DNA of 25,643 nt, from the IMG/VR virus record IMGVR_UViG_3300045988_021320; one strand, written 5' to 3'. A model generated the notes under the pieces. It saw only the letters and a program-made list of their open reading frames with translations. It searched no databases and was not told the DNA's origin. Position numbers and translations under genes: made by a program. Each line of letters starts with the position of its first letter. Within the stretch, counting starts at the first letter, position 1. This document shows positions 14,834-24,156 of this stretch, piece after piece. Source of the stretch: a virus.

Positions 14834-16612
14834 ATGGCTGATTTAGTAACCAGACTATTATTAAATAGTAGTCAATTCGATAACAACATAAGACAGTCCA
14901 CACAACAAGTACAACAGTTTCAGCAGGTAGGAAGGAATATCACAGCCACTATAGGAAGATTTGCTGGTGTGCTAGGTATAGCTATGACTGCTGGGGAAGC
15001 ATTTAATGCTGCTGTTAATAGTTCCAGAGAAGCACAACAGGACTGGAATACTGTAGTAGGTACTGCTAAGACTACTGTAGATAATTTCTTTTCGTCTTTA
15101 TATAGTGGTGATTGGACTGTATTTGAGAATGGGATATTAAATGCTATCGGACTAGCTAAGAGATATACAGAAGCCTTATCTAATGCTAAGATGGCTATGG
15201 CTATTGGTGAATCTAAAGCAGATAGATTAGAAGCAGAAAGAAATAACTATGAATACCTTATTACTAAGAAGGGTATTAGTAATGAAGAAAGGACAGCAGC
15301 CTATAACACTTACATAGAATTATCCAAGAAGGAAATCTTAGAGAGGGAAAGTAAAAGTAAGTACTTCTGGGAACAGATTCAAGAAGTAATGAAGGCTAAA
15401 GGTGTTACTGGTATCAATGATGCTAGGGAAGCACAGAAACTATATGAGAGTTTATTAGACCCGTCTACTAAGGAATATGCAGATTTAGAGAAGTACAAGC
15501 AAAGGAAGTCAGATGCTAAAGGTACTAGGAATCTAGGTTACTTAATGATGATTAGCGGTGCTGGTACAGGTGGTGAAGGATTAGACACTTATACTAGAGG
15601 TGTTAAAGAACTGGAAGAAGCTACAGATGAGAGCCTAGAGAATATGATTAGATTCCAGAATATCTTTACTTCGGAAGTCGGTGAAGAAGTAAAGGATATG
15701 CTAGATAAGGCTATAACCTTTACTGATAAGGCTGGTACTATTAAGAAAGATATGTCTGATGCAGGACAGGATTTAAAGGATGGTCTTAATAATGGAGAGG
15801 TTAAATTAAAACCTGTTATTCCTACTGGTTCATTAGCAGAACTGGATGCACAGATAGCATCTTTAAGAAAGGAATTAAACCTAGCTATTAGTAATGAAGA
15901 TAGGATAAGAATCAATGCTGAACTAAATGCACTTACTGAACAGAAGCGGGTAATAGAGTTCCAGTACAAATATCCTAATGCACCTACTGGTAAGTTGGAT
16001 GGCAAACCTGCTGGTTTGGCTGGTATGGTGAAGCCAGAAATACCTACTTCACTTCCTAAATTTAGTAGCCCTATTACTAATAAGAATATCAAACTGAATA
16101 ATGAGTATGCACAAAGTTTAGGTGCTATAGCTTCTATTATGGGTTCTGTAACCAATATGACCAATGAAGGTGCGGCAGCTTGGTTAAGTTGGGGTGCTAA
16201 TTTGATTAGTGCTGTAGCGGCAGCTATCCCACAAATTGTAGCATTAACTACAGCCAAGAAAGGTGAAGCTATTGCCAGTGGTGTAGCCAGTGCAGCCCAA
16301 ACCCCGTTTGTAGGATGGTTGTTGGCAGGTGCAGCAGCAGCGGCTGTAGTAGCAGCTTTGGCTAGTATTCCTTCCTTTAGTACTGGTGGTATATTCGCTG
16401 GCAATAGTACTATTGGAGATATGAACCTGGCTAGGGTAAATGCTGGTGAAATGATTCTTAATAACAGACAGCAAAGGAATCTGTTTAACCTGCTTAATGG
16501 CAATGGGATTATAGGTTCTGCTGGCGGTGGTCAGGTAGAGTTTAAGATTAGAGGCAAGGAACTTGTAGGAGTTCTAGCCAATTACAATAATAAAACAGCT
16601 AAAGTAAGATGA
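14834..16612 (+). CDS. Tape measure protein
   Basis: 592 aa. Helical N-terminal half and a Gly/Ala-rich hydrophobic C-terminal segment. Canonical position. Confidence 0.85.
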   Translation: MADLVTRLLLNSSQFDNNIRQSTQQVQQFQQVGRNITATIGRFAGVLGIAMTAGEAFNAAVNSSREAQQDWNTVVGTAKTTVDNFFSSLYSGDWTVFENGILNAIGLAKRYTEALSNAKMAMAIGESKADRLEAERNNYEYLITKKGISNEERTAAYNTYIELSKKEILERESKSKYFWEQIQEVMKAKGVTGINDAREAQKLYESLLDPSTKEYADLEKYKQRKSDAKGTRNLGYLMMISGAGTGGEGLDTYTRGVKELEEATDESLENMIRFQNIFTSEVGEEVKDMLDKAITFTDKAGTIKKDMSDAGQDLKDGLNNGEVKLKPVIPTGSLAELDAQIASLRKELNLAISNEDRIRINAELNALTEQKRVIEFQYKYPNAPTGKLDGKPAGLAGMVKPEIPTSLPKFSSPITNKNIKLNNEYAQSLGAIASIMGSVTNMTNEGAAAWLSWGANLISAVAAAIPQIVALTTAKKGEAIASGVASAAQTPFVGWLLAGAAAAAVVAALASIPSFSTGGIFAGNSTIGDMNLARVNAGEMILNNRQQRNLFNLLNGNGIIGSAGGGQVEFKIRGKELVGVLANYNNKTAKVR

Positions 16613-18681
16613 AATATACAGCACAATTCTATGATATAAATGAGAAGCTATACACATTGGAAATAGGTTCTGGAGAAGTGCAGAACATTACTTTATCTGC
16701 TACACCATTCATAACCGAGTTAGAAACTTCTGATTCACATCTATATAAACCTTGTAAGTATAGCAGTGCTACTATAGGAATGATTACAGACGATTATAAG
16801 TTTGATTTGTATAGTAGTACAGCACAACAGAATAAGGTAGTTCTTAGTAGTGCTAGTGGTATTGTATGGGTTGGGTATGTAACACCCAATCTATACAGTC
16901 AAGGCTATGAGAATGAATTAGAAGAAATAGAGGTAGAAGCCATAGATGCACTCAGCACATTACAGTATTATAAGTACACCACTATAGGCGGTAAGAAGAA
17001 TATAGTTTCATTTACCCAGATTATAAACCATCTGCTTAGTAAATGTAATGCTTATAGTTCTTTCTATATTTCAGATAATACACAATTAAATGCTACATCT
17101 GACTTTTGTTTACCTAGTAAGATGTATATCAGTGAACAGAACTTCTTTGATGAAGATGATGAACCTATGACTATGCAGGAAGTTCTGGAAGAAGTTTGTA
17201 AATACCTTAATGTAACTGCTGTAGCTGATGGTGATAAGGTTTACTTCTTGGATTATGATGCTATTAAAAATGGAATCAATACTTACTATAGATTTACTTT
17301 AGGAACAGAAACACCTACTAAGGTTACTTTGCAGCAATCTAAGGAAATAGAAGCCAGTGATTATGTTGAAAATGGTGGTCAGTTATCCTTAGATAATGTA
17401 TATAATAAGGTTACTGTTAAAGACAGTCTATACAGCTTTGACAGCATTATACCTAGTATCTGGGATGAGAAGTATTTAACTAACTATGGTGGTAGCTGGT
17501 CTTATGTGCAGGAAGTAAATGAAGATGGTAAAGGTGGTATGCACAAATGTTTCTTTAAGTATTTAAAGCATAAGAACTATACTTGCTATTACTATGATAA
17601 GAATACATTAAATATGGTATTAGAACCAATGGTGTTTAATTATGGTACAAGCCAAAACTTGGTAGGCGCAACTATATGTAAGGCTTTCTTTGAAAAGACT
17701 GATAACTTCAATAAGAAGTACAATGATATTAACTTTACCGATTATGTGTTATTGCATATTCATAACACTTATGACGGTCAGTTAAGACCAATGTTTGAAT
17801 TGGCTGTGAATGATTCCAATGTGTCATTTATTGGTGGTTCTACCTATCTGATTATTAAGGGTAATTTCCTATTTATGGATAGGGAAGGTGAGATGTATAT
17901 AATGCAGGGGTATAGCAATAAGAATGATGACTTCAACCCAGACAATCTATATATAGACTGTAAGTTAAAGTACGGTAATATGTACTGGAATGGTATACAA
18001 TGGACTACTACAGATTCTACTTTTAAGCTTTATTTTGACAATCAAGGACAGACAGACCATTGTATTAACAGAAGTTTCCCAGTAAAGAACAATATTACTT
18101 GGGATATGGGGTTAGAAGGTGAAGGCTATGCTATTCCGATGCCTAGTACAAATGAAGTGATTATTGGCAAGCCTACATTTACATTATACCATCCGCACAA
18201 GGTGGATAATAGTTATAGATGTGATGCAGTCTGGTTGTCTAATTTTGATATACAGGCTAAAGTTCAGAACTTTCAGAAGGAAGCAGATAAGGATTCTGAT
18301 ACTGAATACAGCAACATTATAAACGAGGACTTTGTAAATGAGATGGATTCAGAAGAATTTGCTATATGTACTTGGGATAATAAGGAATGTAACTATAGTG
18401 CAGTTTGCTATAGTGCTAATGGTACTAGCTTTACTTATCTGGATAACGTATATAATAAGGCTACTAAGCAGATGTATAGACTGGAAGAGCATCTTATATA
18501 TAGACTAGTGACGCAGTATAGTACACCTTCTGCTATTCTGAATCTGAACCTACAGAACAAGTTTAAAGTATATGCTACTATGACTGATAACCACCTTCCT
18601 AATAAGAAATTCATAGTAGACAGCATTATTACAGATTATAGATTAGGTAAGCAGGAAATACGGTTAATAGAGAAGAAGTAA
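16609..18681 (+). CDS. Distal tail / baseplate-hub protein
   Basis: 690 aa ORF immediately after the tape measure with an overlapping start. Called by position only. Confidence 0.5.
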   Translation: MKYTAQFYDINEKLYTLEIGSGEVQNITLSATPFITELETSDSHLYKPCKYSSATIGMITDDYKFDLYSSTAQQNKVVLSSASGIVWVGYVTPNLYSQGYENELEEIEVEAIDALSTLQYYKYTTIGGKKNIVSFTQIINHLLSKCNAYSSFYISDNTQLNATSDFCLPSKMYISEQNFFDEDDEPMTMQEVLEEVCKYLNVTAVADGDKVYFLDYDAIKNGINTYYRFTLGTETPTKVTLQQSKEIEASDYVENGGQLSLDNVYNKVTVKDSLYSFDSIIPSIWDEKYLTNYGGSWSYVQEVNEDGKGGMHKCFFKYLKHKNYTCYYYDKNTLNMVLEPMVFNYGTSQNLVGATICKAFFEKTDNFNKKYNDINFTDYVLLHIHNTYDGQLRPMFELAVNDSNVSFIGGSTYLIIKGNFLFMDREGEMYIMQGYSNKNDDFNPDNLYIDCKLKYGNMYWNGIQWTTTDSTFKLYFDNQGQTDHCINRSFPVKNNITWDMGLEGEGYAIPMPSTNEVIIGKPTFTLYHPHKVDNSYRCDAVWLSNFDIQAKVQNFQKEADKDSDTEYSNIINEDFVNEMDSEEFAICTWDNKECNYSAVCYSANGTSFTYLDNVYNKATKQMYRLEEHLIYRLVTQYSTPSAILNLNLQNKFKVYATMTDNHLPNKKFIVDSIITDYRLGKQEIRLIEKK

Positions 18682-18682
18682 T

Positions 18683-21310
18683 ATGCAATTTACAAGAACA
18701 AACATAAATAAGACATTTCGTAACGGTGTAGTTAATGCCAGTAATGTAGCTGTTACTAATGTTGGTGGGGGAAGTTCTTCTTTAAGTGGGAACTTTCTAC
18801 CTGCTGTTAATAATGGTGATGGTTCATATACGGTGGATTTGTCTAAAGTATTATTTACTGGCAGCGTTATTAGTGAGGGTGAGGTTACAGCTTATGGTTC
18901 GTCTGATGGCAGTGGCAGTACTACAACAGGTGGGGTGACTATTATTGATGGTCTGGATTCAGTGGCTACAGATTGTGCCTTGTCTGCCAACCAAGGTAGG
19001 ATATTAAAGGAACTGATAGATAATACAGCTGGTGGTGTTACTGCACTGGCTAAACTGACAGACGTATCATTATCCAGTTTGACTAATGGACAGATACTAA
19101 AGTATGATGCAGTCTTAAAGAAATGGGTGAATGATACTCTAGATAATACCAAGGTTACTTGGACTAATATAGAAGGTAAACCAGCAGACCTTACAGATAC
19201 CAATATAGCCAAATGGAATGAACTGGCTAAGAATAATCACATACATACTAATAAGTCCGCATTGGATAAGATAACAGAAGCTAATATAACCAACTGGAAT
19301 GATGCTAATAATAAGAAGCATACACATTCTAATAAGTCTGTATTGGATGGAATAACATCTGCTAAGGTTACTAATTGGGATGGTGTAGCAACTAACTGGA
19401 ATAAGGCTTTTTACTTTGATTCCAATGGAGATTTGAAGGTTAAAGTAAATGTTATCGGTGAGAAGGAAGTTTCAGCCTATGGTGCAGGTGCTTCTGGTGG
19501 AAGTGGTAGTATTACTATAGTAGATGCTTTAACCAGTACGGCTACAGATGCAGCACTTTCAGCCAATCAAGGTAGGATTCTAAGGGAATTGATTGATAAT
19601 GTTGGCGGTGGTGTAAGTAGCTGGAATGATTTAACAGATAAGCCAAACTGGATAACTGATACTAAACCTTCTTATAGCTGGTCTGAAATTGGTGGTAAAC
19701 CTTCAACATTTACACCCAGTACGCATACACATAATTATGCTAGTACTGTTAAGGTTGGTTCAACAAATTATAATGTTAGTGGAAATACTATCAGCTTACC
19801 AGCATATCCTACAGTACCTTCTGCTTTAAAAAATCCTAATGCACTTACTATTAGCTTGAATGGTACTTCACAGGGTGCTTATGATGGTAGTGCTGCAAAG
19901 AGTTTCAATATAACAGCAGCTAGTGTAGGTGCAGCAGCCAGTTCGCATAGTCATTCAATTAGTAATGTTAGTGGTTTACAAGATGCCTTAAATGGTAAAG
20001 CAGCTAGTAGCCATAATCATAATAGTAGTTATGTATCTGCATTAGGAACTAATGGCAATTACCTTACTTGGACTAAAAACGGTACTACTAATAATATTAC
20101 TGTTCCTTATGCCTCAAATGCCGATACAGTGGATGGCTACCACCAAGCAGCATTCAGTATGGGCTGGACTACTTCAACTAAATACAGGGTTGACAGATGG
20201 GGAGGTAGTACAGACAAGAACTGGAAGAAGATAGTAACCTATGTTAATACAGGTGGAGGGCAATATCAAAGCTGTAAAGTCAAAGGTACAATCTACTATA
20301 TAACAGGTAATCACAATCAAGGGCACGTAATAGATATACCATTTGAAGCGATAATGTATGCTTATGGTGGTACTGCAAACTCAATGTTAAATCAAAGTAC
20401 TTTATATCTTCCCCCTTATTGTACTTGGGATATGATTAGGATAGTACGATATAATAACAACAGTTGGGAGGTACAAGTAAGGCAACCTAGCGATTGGACT
20501 AATATAAGTCTTGAATATACAGTAACTAATAGTGGTGGTAGTGTATCGGCAGGTCAGTTTACTAATACTTCTTATTCAAGCACTGTGGCTAATAATTATA
20601 ATACTAATGTTAGTAGACCTACTTCAAGTCGTGTCAGTAGTGCTGATAAAGTTAATAGTACATTGTCATTTTCAGCAGGTGGCTTTAGTACAAAGTCATT
20701 TAACGGCAGTTCCAATCAAACGGTTAATATTCCAACACATACCAGCCATTTGACTAATAATAGTGGGTTCATTACTAGTAGTGCTAGTATCAGTGGTAAC
20801 GCTGGTAGTGCTACAAAGCTACAAACAGCCAGAACTATTAATGGTACTTCATTTAATGGTACTGCTAACATTACTACGGCAAATTGGGGTACTACTAGAA
20901 GTATTTATATCCAAGATGCTACAGCTACTAATACCAGTTCGGCGGTTAGTGTAAACGGTGGTGGTAATGCTTATTTGAAATTACCAACTAACATTAAAGT
21001 CGGTACACTTACAGCTACAGGTGAAGTGACTGCTTATTCTGATATTAGGCTTAAAACAGACATTCAGCCATTAGAGAATAGGGGTTACATTAAACCTGTT
21101 ACATATAAGAAGGATGGTAAGGATAGTATAGGATTCATAGCACAAGAAGTAAGAGAATTATATCCAGAACTAGTTATAGAAGATAATACAGAAGATAAAT
21201 ATCTATCTGTCAATTATGCACAGTATGTAGCAGTATTACAAGCACAGATAATAGAATTGAATAACAGAGTTAAACAGTTGGAGAAATGGCATTATCAAGT
21301 ACAGGAATAA
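18683..21310 (+). CDS. Tail fibre with C-terminal intramolecular chaperone (peptidase S74-type) domain
   Basis: The C-terminus, GEVTAYSDIRLKTDIQPL...GFIAQEVRELYPELV...LSVNYAQYVAVLQAQIIELNNRVKQLE, is the S74 signature (from ~21037). Also has internal duplicated modules and Ser/Thr/Gly-rich stretches. Confidence 0.85.
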   Translation: MQFTRTNINKTFRNGVVNASNVAVTNVGGGSSSLSGNFLPAVNNGDGSYTVDLSKVLFTGSVISEGEVTAYGSSDGSGSTTTGGVTIIDGLDSVATDCALSANQGRILKELIDNTAGGVTALAKLTDVSLSSLTNGQILKYDAVLKKWVNDTLDNTKVTWTNIEGKPADLTDTNIAKWNELAKNNHIHTNKSALDKITEANITNWNDANNKKHTHSNKSVLDGITSAKVTNWDGVATNWNKAFYFDSNGDLKVKVNVIGEKEVSAYGAGASGGSGSITIVDALTSTATDAALSANQGRILRELIDNVGGGVSSWNDLTDKPNWITDTKPSYSWSEIGGKPSTFTPSTHTHNYASTVKVGSTNYNVSGNTISLPAYPTVPSALKNPNALTISLNGTSQGAYDGSAAKSFNITAASVGAAASSHSHSISNVSGLQDALNGKAASSHNHNSSYVSALGTNGNYLTWTKNGTTNNITVPYASNADTVDGYHQAAFSMGWTTSTKYRVDRWGGSTDKNWKKIVTYVNTGGGQYQSCKVKGTIYYITGNHNQGHVIDIPFEAIMYAYGGTANSMLNQSTLYLPPYCTWDMIRIVRYNNNSWEVQVRQPSDWTNISLEYTVTNSGGSVSAGQFTNTSYSSTVANNYNTNVSRPTSSRVSSADKVNSTLSFSAGGFSTKSFNGSSNQTVNIPTHTSHLTNNSGFITSSASISGNAGSATKLQTARTINGTSFNGTANITTANWGTTRSIYIQDATATNTSSAVSVNGGGNAYLKLPTNIKVGTLTATGEVTAYSDIRLKTDIQPLENRGYIKPVTYKKDGKDSIGFIAQEVRELYPELVIEDNTEDKYLSVNYAQYVAVLQAQIIELNNRVKQLEKWHYQVQE

Positions 21311-22377
21311 CAACAAGTCTGGTAGGAAATGCAATAGGGAGCAGCAGCAGGAATGTTGGTGCTCTATGCAGTTCCTCACTTATAAATGAGTGGTCTAAAT
21401 GGAAACCTATATCAAGTAATGTAGGTACAATGACACTAGCGGAATTGAAGAACAGGAATTATGGTATAAGCATACTGTCAGCCAATACACCAGATTCATT
21501 GGTGACACAGATAAAGAATAATAGTAATCTGGGATATAAGTATAATAAACCTATAGGCGGTGCTAACAGTCCTTATAGGTTGGGAGATTTTAGAAACTAT
21601 GACCATTCGGCAGCGATGCCTGTTGGAGCAAGCTATAAAAATGGCGACAGTGTTAATGTTGGTGGTGTTACTTCATCCAATCACGCAAGCTATGAGAAAG
21701 TATTGATGGGTATTGAAAATATGGATGGTGGGGATTCTGCAACTTATCTCAGTAAAGATAATCTGTATACAGTTTATGATAATAGTGGGAATAAGATAGG
21801 CTTAAAAAGAGGTGCATTAGTGACAGATGGTACAAATACAGTATGGTATAGTGATAAGCTGTACTGGTGGACTACACAGATGCAGAAGTTTAAAGGTAAA
21901 ACAGTGACAGTATATGAGTTTTATACCAATGCAACCAATACGCCTACTAATGCTTATGTAGCTAATGCCAATGACAGGTTTTTAGCACTGCCAGAACCAG
22001 TATATACTATACAGGTTAAGAATGATGTACCAGCAGGAAGCAAGATTGTTAATACTATATGTACTGCCAAATTTACTAACAGTACTAACCAGTATGTAAG
22101 TTATGAAATTAAATTTAGTGCAGTTGGCGCGACTTATAGAGGTGGCACGATTACAAATGTTAGAGCAGTATTAAGTAAGGATAGAAATGGGGTTAATGTT
22201 ATTGCAAGTACATTATTAAGTAATTCTCTCTATATTGCAGATGAAACAACTTCTCAAACATTCACAGGACAATTATATAATAGAGGTGGTTCAATGATGG
22301 CGTATTTGTTGATTTATTATAATAATTCAATTCAATACACAACTGGTATATTAGCCGAGATGCCAGATATACAGTAA
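21286..22377 (+). CDS. Hypothetical tail-associated protein (possible receptor-binding or accessory fibre protein)
   Basis: 363 aa ORF overlapping the fibre stop by 25 nt. No motif recognised. Confidence 0.4.
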   Translation: MALSSTGITTSLVGNAIGSSSRNVGALCSSSLINEWSKWKPISSNVGTMTLAELKNRNYGISILSANTPDSLVTQIKNNSNLGYKYNKPIGGANSPYRLGDFRNYDHSAAMPVGASYKNGDSVNVGGVTSSNHASYEKVLMGIENMDGGDSATYLSKDNLYTVYDNSGNKIGLKRGALVTDGTNTVWYSDKLYWWTTQMQKFKGKTVTVYEFYTNATNTPTNAYVANANDRFLALPEPVYTIQVKNDVPAGSKIVNTICTAKFTNSTNQYVSYEIKFSAVGATYRGGTITNVRAVLSKDRNGVNVIASTLLSNSLYIADETTSQTFTGQLYNRGGSMMAYLLIYYNNSIQYTTGILAEMPDIQ

Positions 22378-22399
22378 GCACTTTAAATTTATTAAGACT

Positions 22400-22600
22400 A
22401 TGACAAAGAAGATGAAATTAAATGTACAGTTGGTGGTAGCAGCCTTATTGATATTGGTGGGCTGTGGGCTACTGATTGCAGGATTTACAGTAGCACCATT
22501 AGGAATTATCCATAGTAGTGTACTGGTAGCTTTTGGTGAAACTTGTACCTTTGCTGGTGCTCTATTCGGAGTAGATTATCATTATAGGGTAAGACAATAA
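22400..22600 (+). CDS. Holin-like small membrane protein
   Basis: 66 aa with two hydrophobic segments (LVVAALLILVGCGLLIAGF and VLVAFGETCTFAGALFGV) and a charged C-terminus. Sits at the end of the late operon. Confidence 0.5.
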   Translation: MTKKMKLNVQLVVAALLILVGCGLLIAGFTVAPLGIIHSSVLVAFGETCTFAGALFGVDYHYRVRQ

Positions 22601-22607
22601 ATAAATT

Positions 22608-22645
22608 TAGCCTGTAGTCCTTTATTGGATTGCAGGCTATTTTAT
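22608..22645 (+). terminator. Rho-independent-type terminator after the late operon
   Basis: tagcctgta (22608-22616) pairs with tgcaggcta (22631-22639) in a 9 bp stem including one G-U pair, followed by ttttatt. Confidence 0.65.
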
Positions 22646-22653
22646 TAGCTTTG
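22646..22653 (+). promoter_or_regulatory. Candidate -7 box TAGCTTTG, only 4 nt before the ATG at 22658 (leaderless transcript likely)
   Basis: Exact TAnnTTTG match immediately after the terminator. Confidence 0.4.
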
Positions 22654-22657
22654 CAGT

Positions 22658-23440
22658 ATGGAATATATAGATTACTATTATAAGGAAATTCAGTATTATG
22701 CTATAGTTGAAGGTGACAGATGTTATTCTGTGAAGCCAGATAAATTTGCTACTGTTTGGTTGGCAGGAAACTATGTGCCTACAGTAGACTTTGATACCTT
22801 TAATGAGCAGATAGAATTTGATGGGAGCAAGGAAAAACTGTATATGTTATGCTGCTATATAATATATGTAATAGAACAGCATTACTTTGTAAAGCTAAGA
22901 CCTACATTAGAAGAATTAAATGCTGATAGTTTGGAAGGCATTACATTAAAATATAAAGACGGTTCATCCTTCACATTAAACAGCAGTAGTATTATTAAGG
23001 ATGTTACTAATGCTATTGGTGCTAGCAAGAATGGGGAATATAAGGTAGATAGTATATGTAAGTTACCAGAAGTAGCTAATAACACCTACATACAAAGTAT
23101 GTTCGCTGTAGAACTGGCTAACTTCCTGCATTACTACTTTCCAGTAAAGAGGAAGAAGGATAGTCTAGTTAGCACAAATGAACAGGATATGATTCTAAAG
23201 ATTCTGCATCTATTTAAATTAACACCTTATTTAGTTAAACGAAGTCGATTTAGACAGTTATTAATGCTGGCTGATAAATTCAAGGAGAATCTAAGCTGGA
23301 TAAACTTGCAAGGTCAGTTATTACCTGTAACCTTTATAAAATGGAAGCAGTGGAATACTAATAACTGGCTAGAAGTAGAATATGAAATGCTAAAAGAAGG
23401 AGAAACTGTTAGCTTTCCACTTTTAGAAAGTAACAATTAA
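22658..23440 (+). CDS. Hypothetical protein (stand-alone, moron-like unit)
   Basis: 260 aa ORF bracketed by its own terminator/promoter upstream and another promoter downstream. No motif recognised. Confidence 0.6.
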   Translation: MEYIDYYYKEIQYYAIVEGDRCYSVKPDKFATVWLAGNYVPTVDFDTFNEQIEFDGSKEKLYMLCCYIIYVIEQHYFVKLRPTLEELNADSLEGITLKYKDGSSFTLNSSSIIKDVTNAIGASKNGEYKVDSICKLPEVANNTYIQSMFAVELANFLHYYFPVKRKKDSLVSTNEQDMILKILHLFKLTPYLVKRSRFRQLLMLADKFKENLSWINLQGQLLPVTFIKWKQWNTNNWLEVEYEMLKEGETVSFPLLESNN

Positions 23441-23467
23441 TTCTGTGGTAGTCTGTTTAATGAGCCA

Positions 23468-23499
23468 TAACTTTGCACCAGTAAAACAAATAACTGGTG
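23468..23499 (+). promoter_or_regulatory. Candidate -7 box TAACTTTG (23468-23475) abutting the inverted repeat caccagt-N10-actggtg (23476-23499)
   Basis: Exact TAnnTTTG match. A perfect 7 bp dyad starts at the next base, 35 nt before the ATG at 23534. Confidence 0.4.
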
Positions 23500-23533
23500 T
23501 GCCAGATACCTAAATAACTTCCGCAGGGCAGCG

Positions 23534-23785
23534 GTGATAACAATGATAAGAAAAGAAGAAGTAGCAAAGTATGGAACTTGGTTTGGTAAATCAACCCCAG
23601 ACCACATTATTAAAAGATGTGATGAACAGATAGCCAACTGTCAGAAATGGATTCTGAATCTAGAGCAGCTAAAGCAGGAACAACTAGTTAAGAAGGCAGA
23701 AGGTCATAAGGAAGAATTAAAAGCTATGTTGGCTGCAATGGGTGAAGAAGAAAGAAGTAATTTTATTAATGGTTTAAACAGATGA
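23534..23785 (+). CDS. Hypothetical coiled-coil protein
   Basis: 83 aa. First gene of a four-gene unit. Overlaps the next gene (ATGA). Confidence 0.55.
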   Translation: MITMIRKEEVAKYGTWFGKSTPDHIIKRCDEQIANCQKWILNLEQLKQEQLVKKAEGHKEELKAMLAAMGEEERSNFINGLNR

Positions 23786-24135
23786 GTATGGATACACAAA
23801 CAAAAGAATTAATCCAGCTTTGGAATTTACTGGAATTGGGGTTTGAATTAAACCTTAGATATGCTGATACAGGCATTATTAATGAAGGTGATGAAGATGT
23901 AGTTATTAATGTTACTGCAATAGCTGAAACTGCTGAACAGTGGAATGAACCTATAGAGCCTAAACAGGTATCTATGTTTGAAGCTGTTGGTCTAGTAGCT
24001 GTAGTCAGTTTGGTTAATGATTATATGGAAGAACCTGTTGCATACAAAAGAGGTTCTGTTAATTCATTAGTAAAGCTGATTGGAGATAAGCTATTACAGA
24101 CTTTTGAAGGGAAACAAGTTAAAATAGATTTTTAA
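23782..24135 (+). CDS. Small strongly acidic protein
   Basis: 117 aa. By my count about 20 Asp/Glu versus 9 Lys/Arg. Confidence 0.55.
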   Translation: MSMDTQTKELIQLWNLLELGFELNLRYADTGIINEGDEDVVINVTAIAETAEQWNEPIEPKQVSMFEAVGLVAVVSLVNDYMEEPVAYKRGSVNSLVKLIGDKLLQTFEGKQVKIDF

Positions 24136-24156
24136 ATCAATAGCCAGTTATCGGTA

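Noticed and set aside
15589-16503. 304 aa minus-strand ORF, plus the nested 16244-16474 ORF, inside the tape measure gene
   Set aside because: It is entirely antisense to a well-supported gene. Its Ala/Leu/Ser-rich low-complexity translation mirrors the Gly/Ala-rich tape-measure segment. There is no start context or promoter.
20052-20954. Three plus-strand alternative-frame ORFs (20052-20234, 20532-20753, 20763-20954) inside the tail fibre gene
   Set aside because: These are out-of-frame overlaps within a continuous 875 aa fibre ORF. Their Leu/Val-rich translations are typical of off-frame reading of Ser/Thr/Asn-rich coding sequence.
23437-23637. 66 aa minus-strand ORF spanning the 23441-23533 intergenic region
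   Set aside because: It overlaps the start of the 23534 gene and the promoter/dyad region, and runs against the local transcription direction. The translation has no meaningful features.
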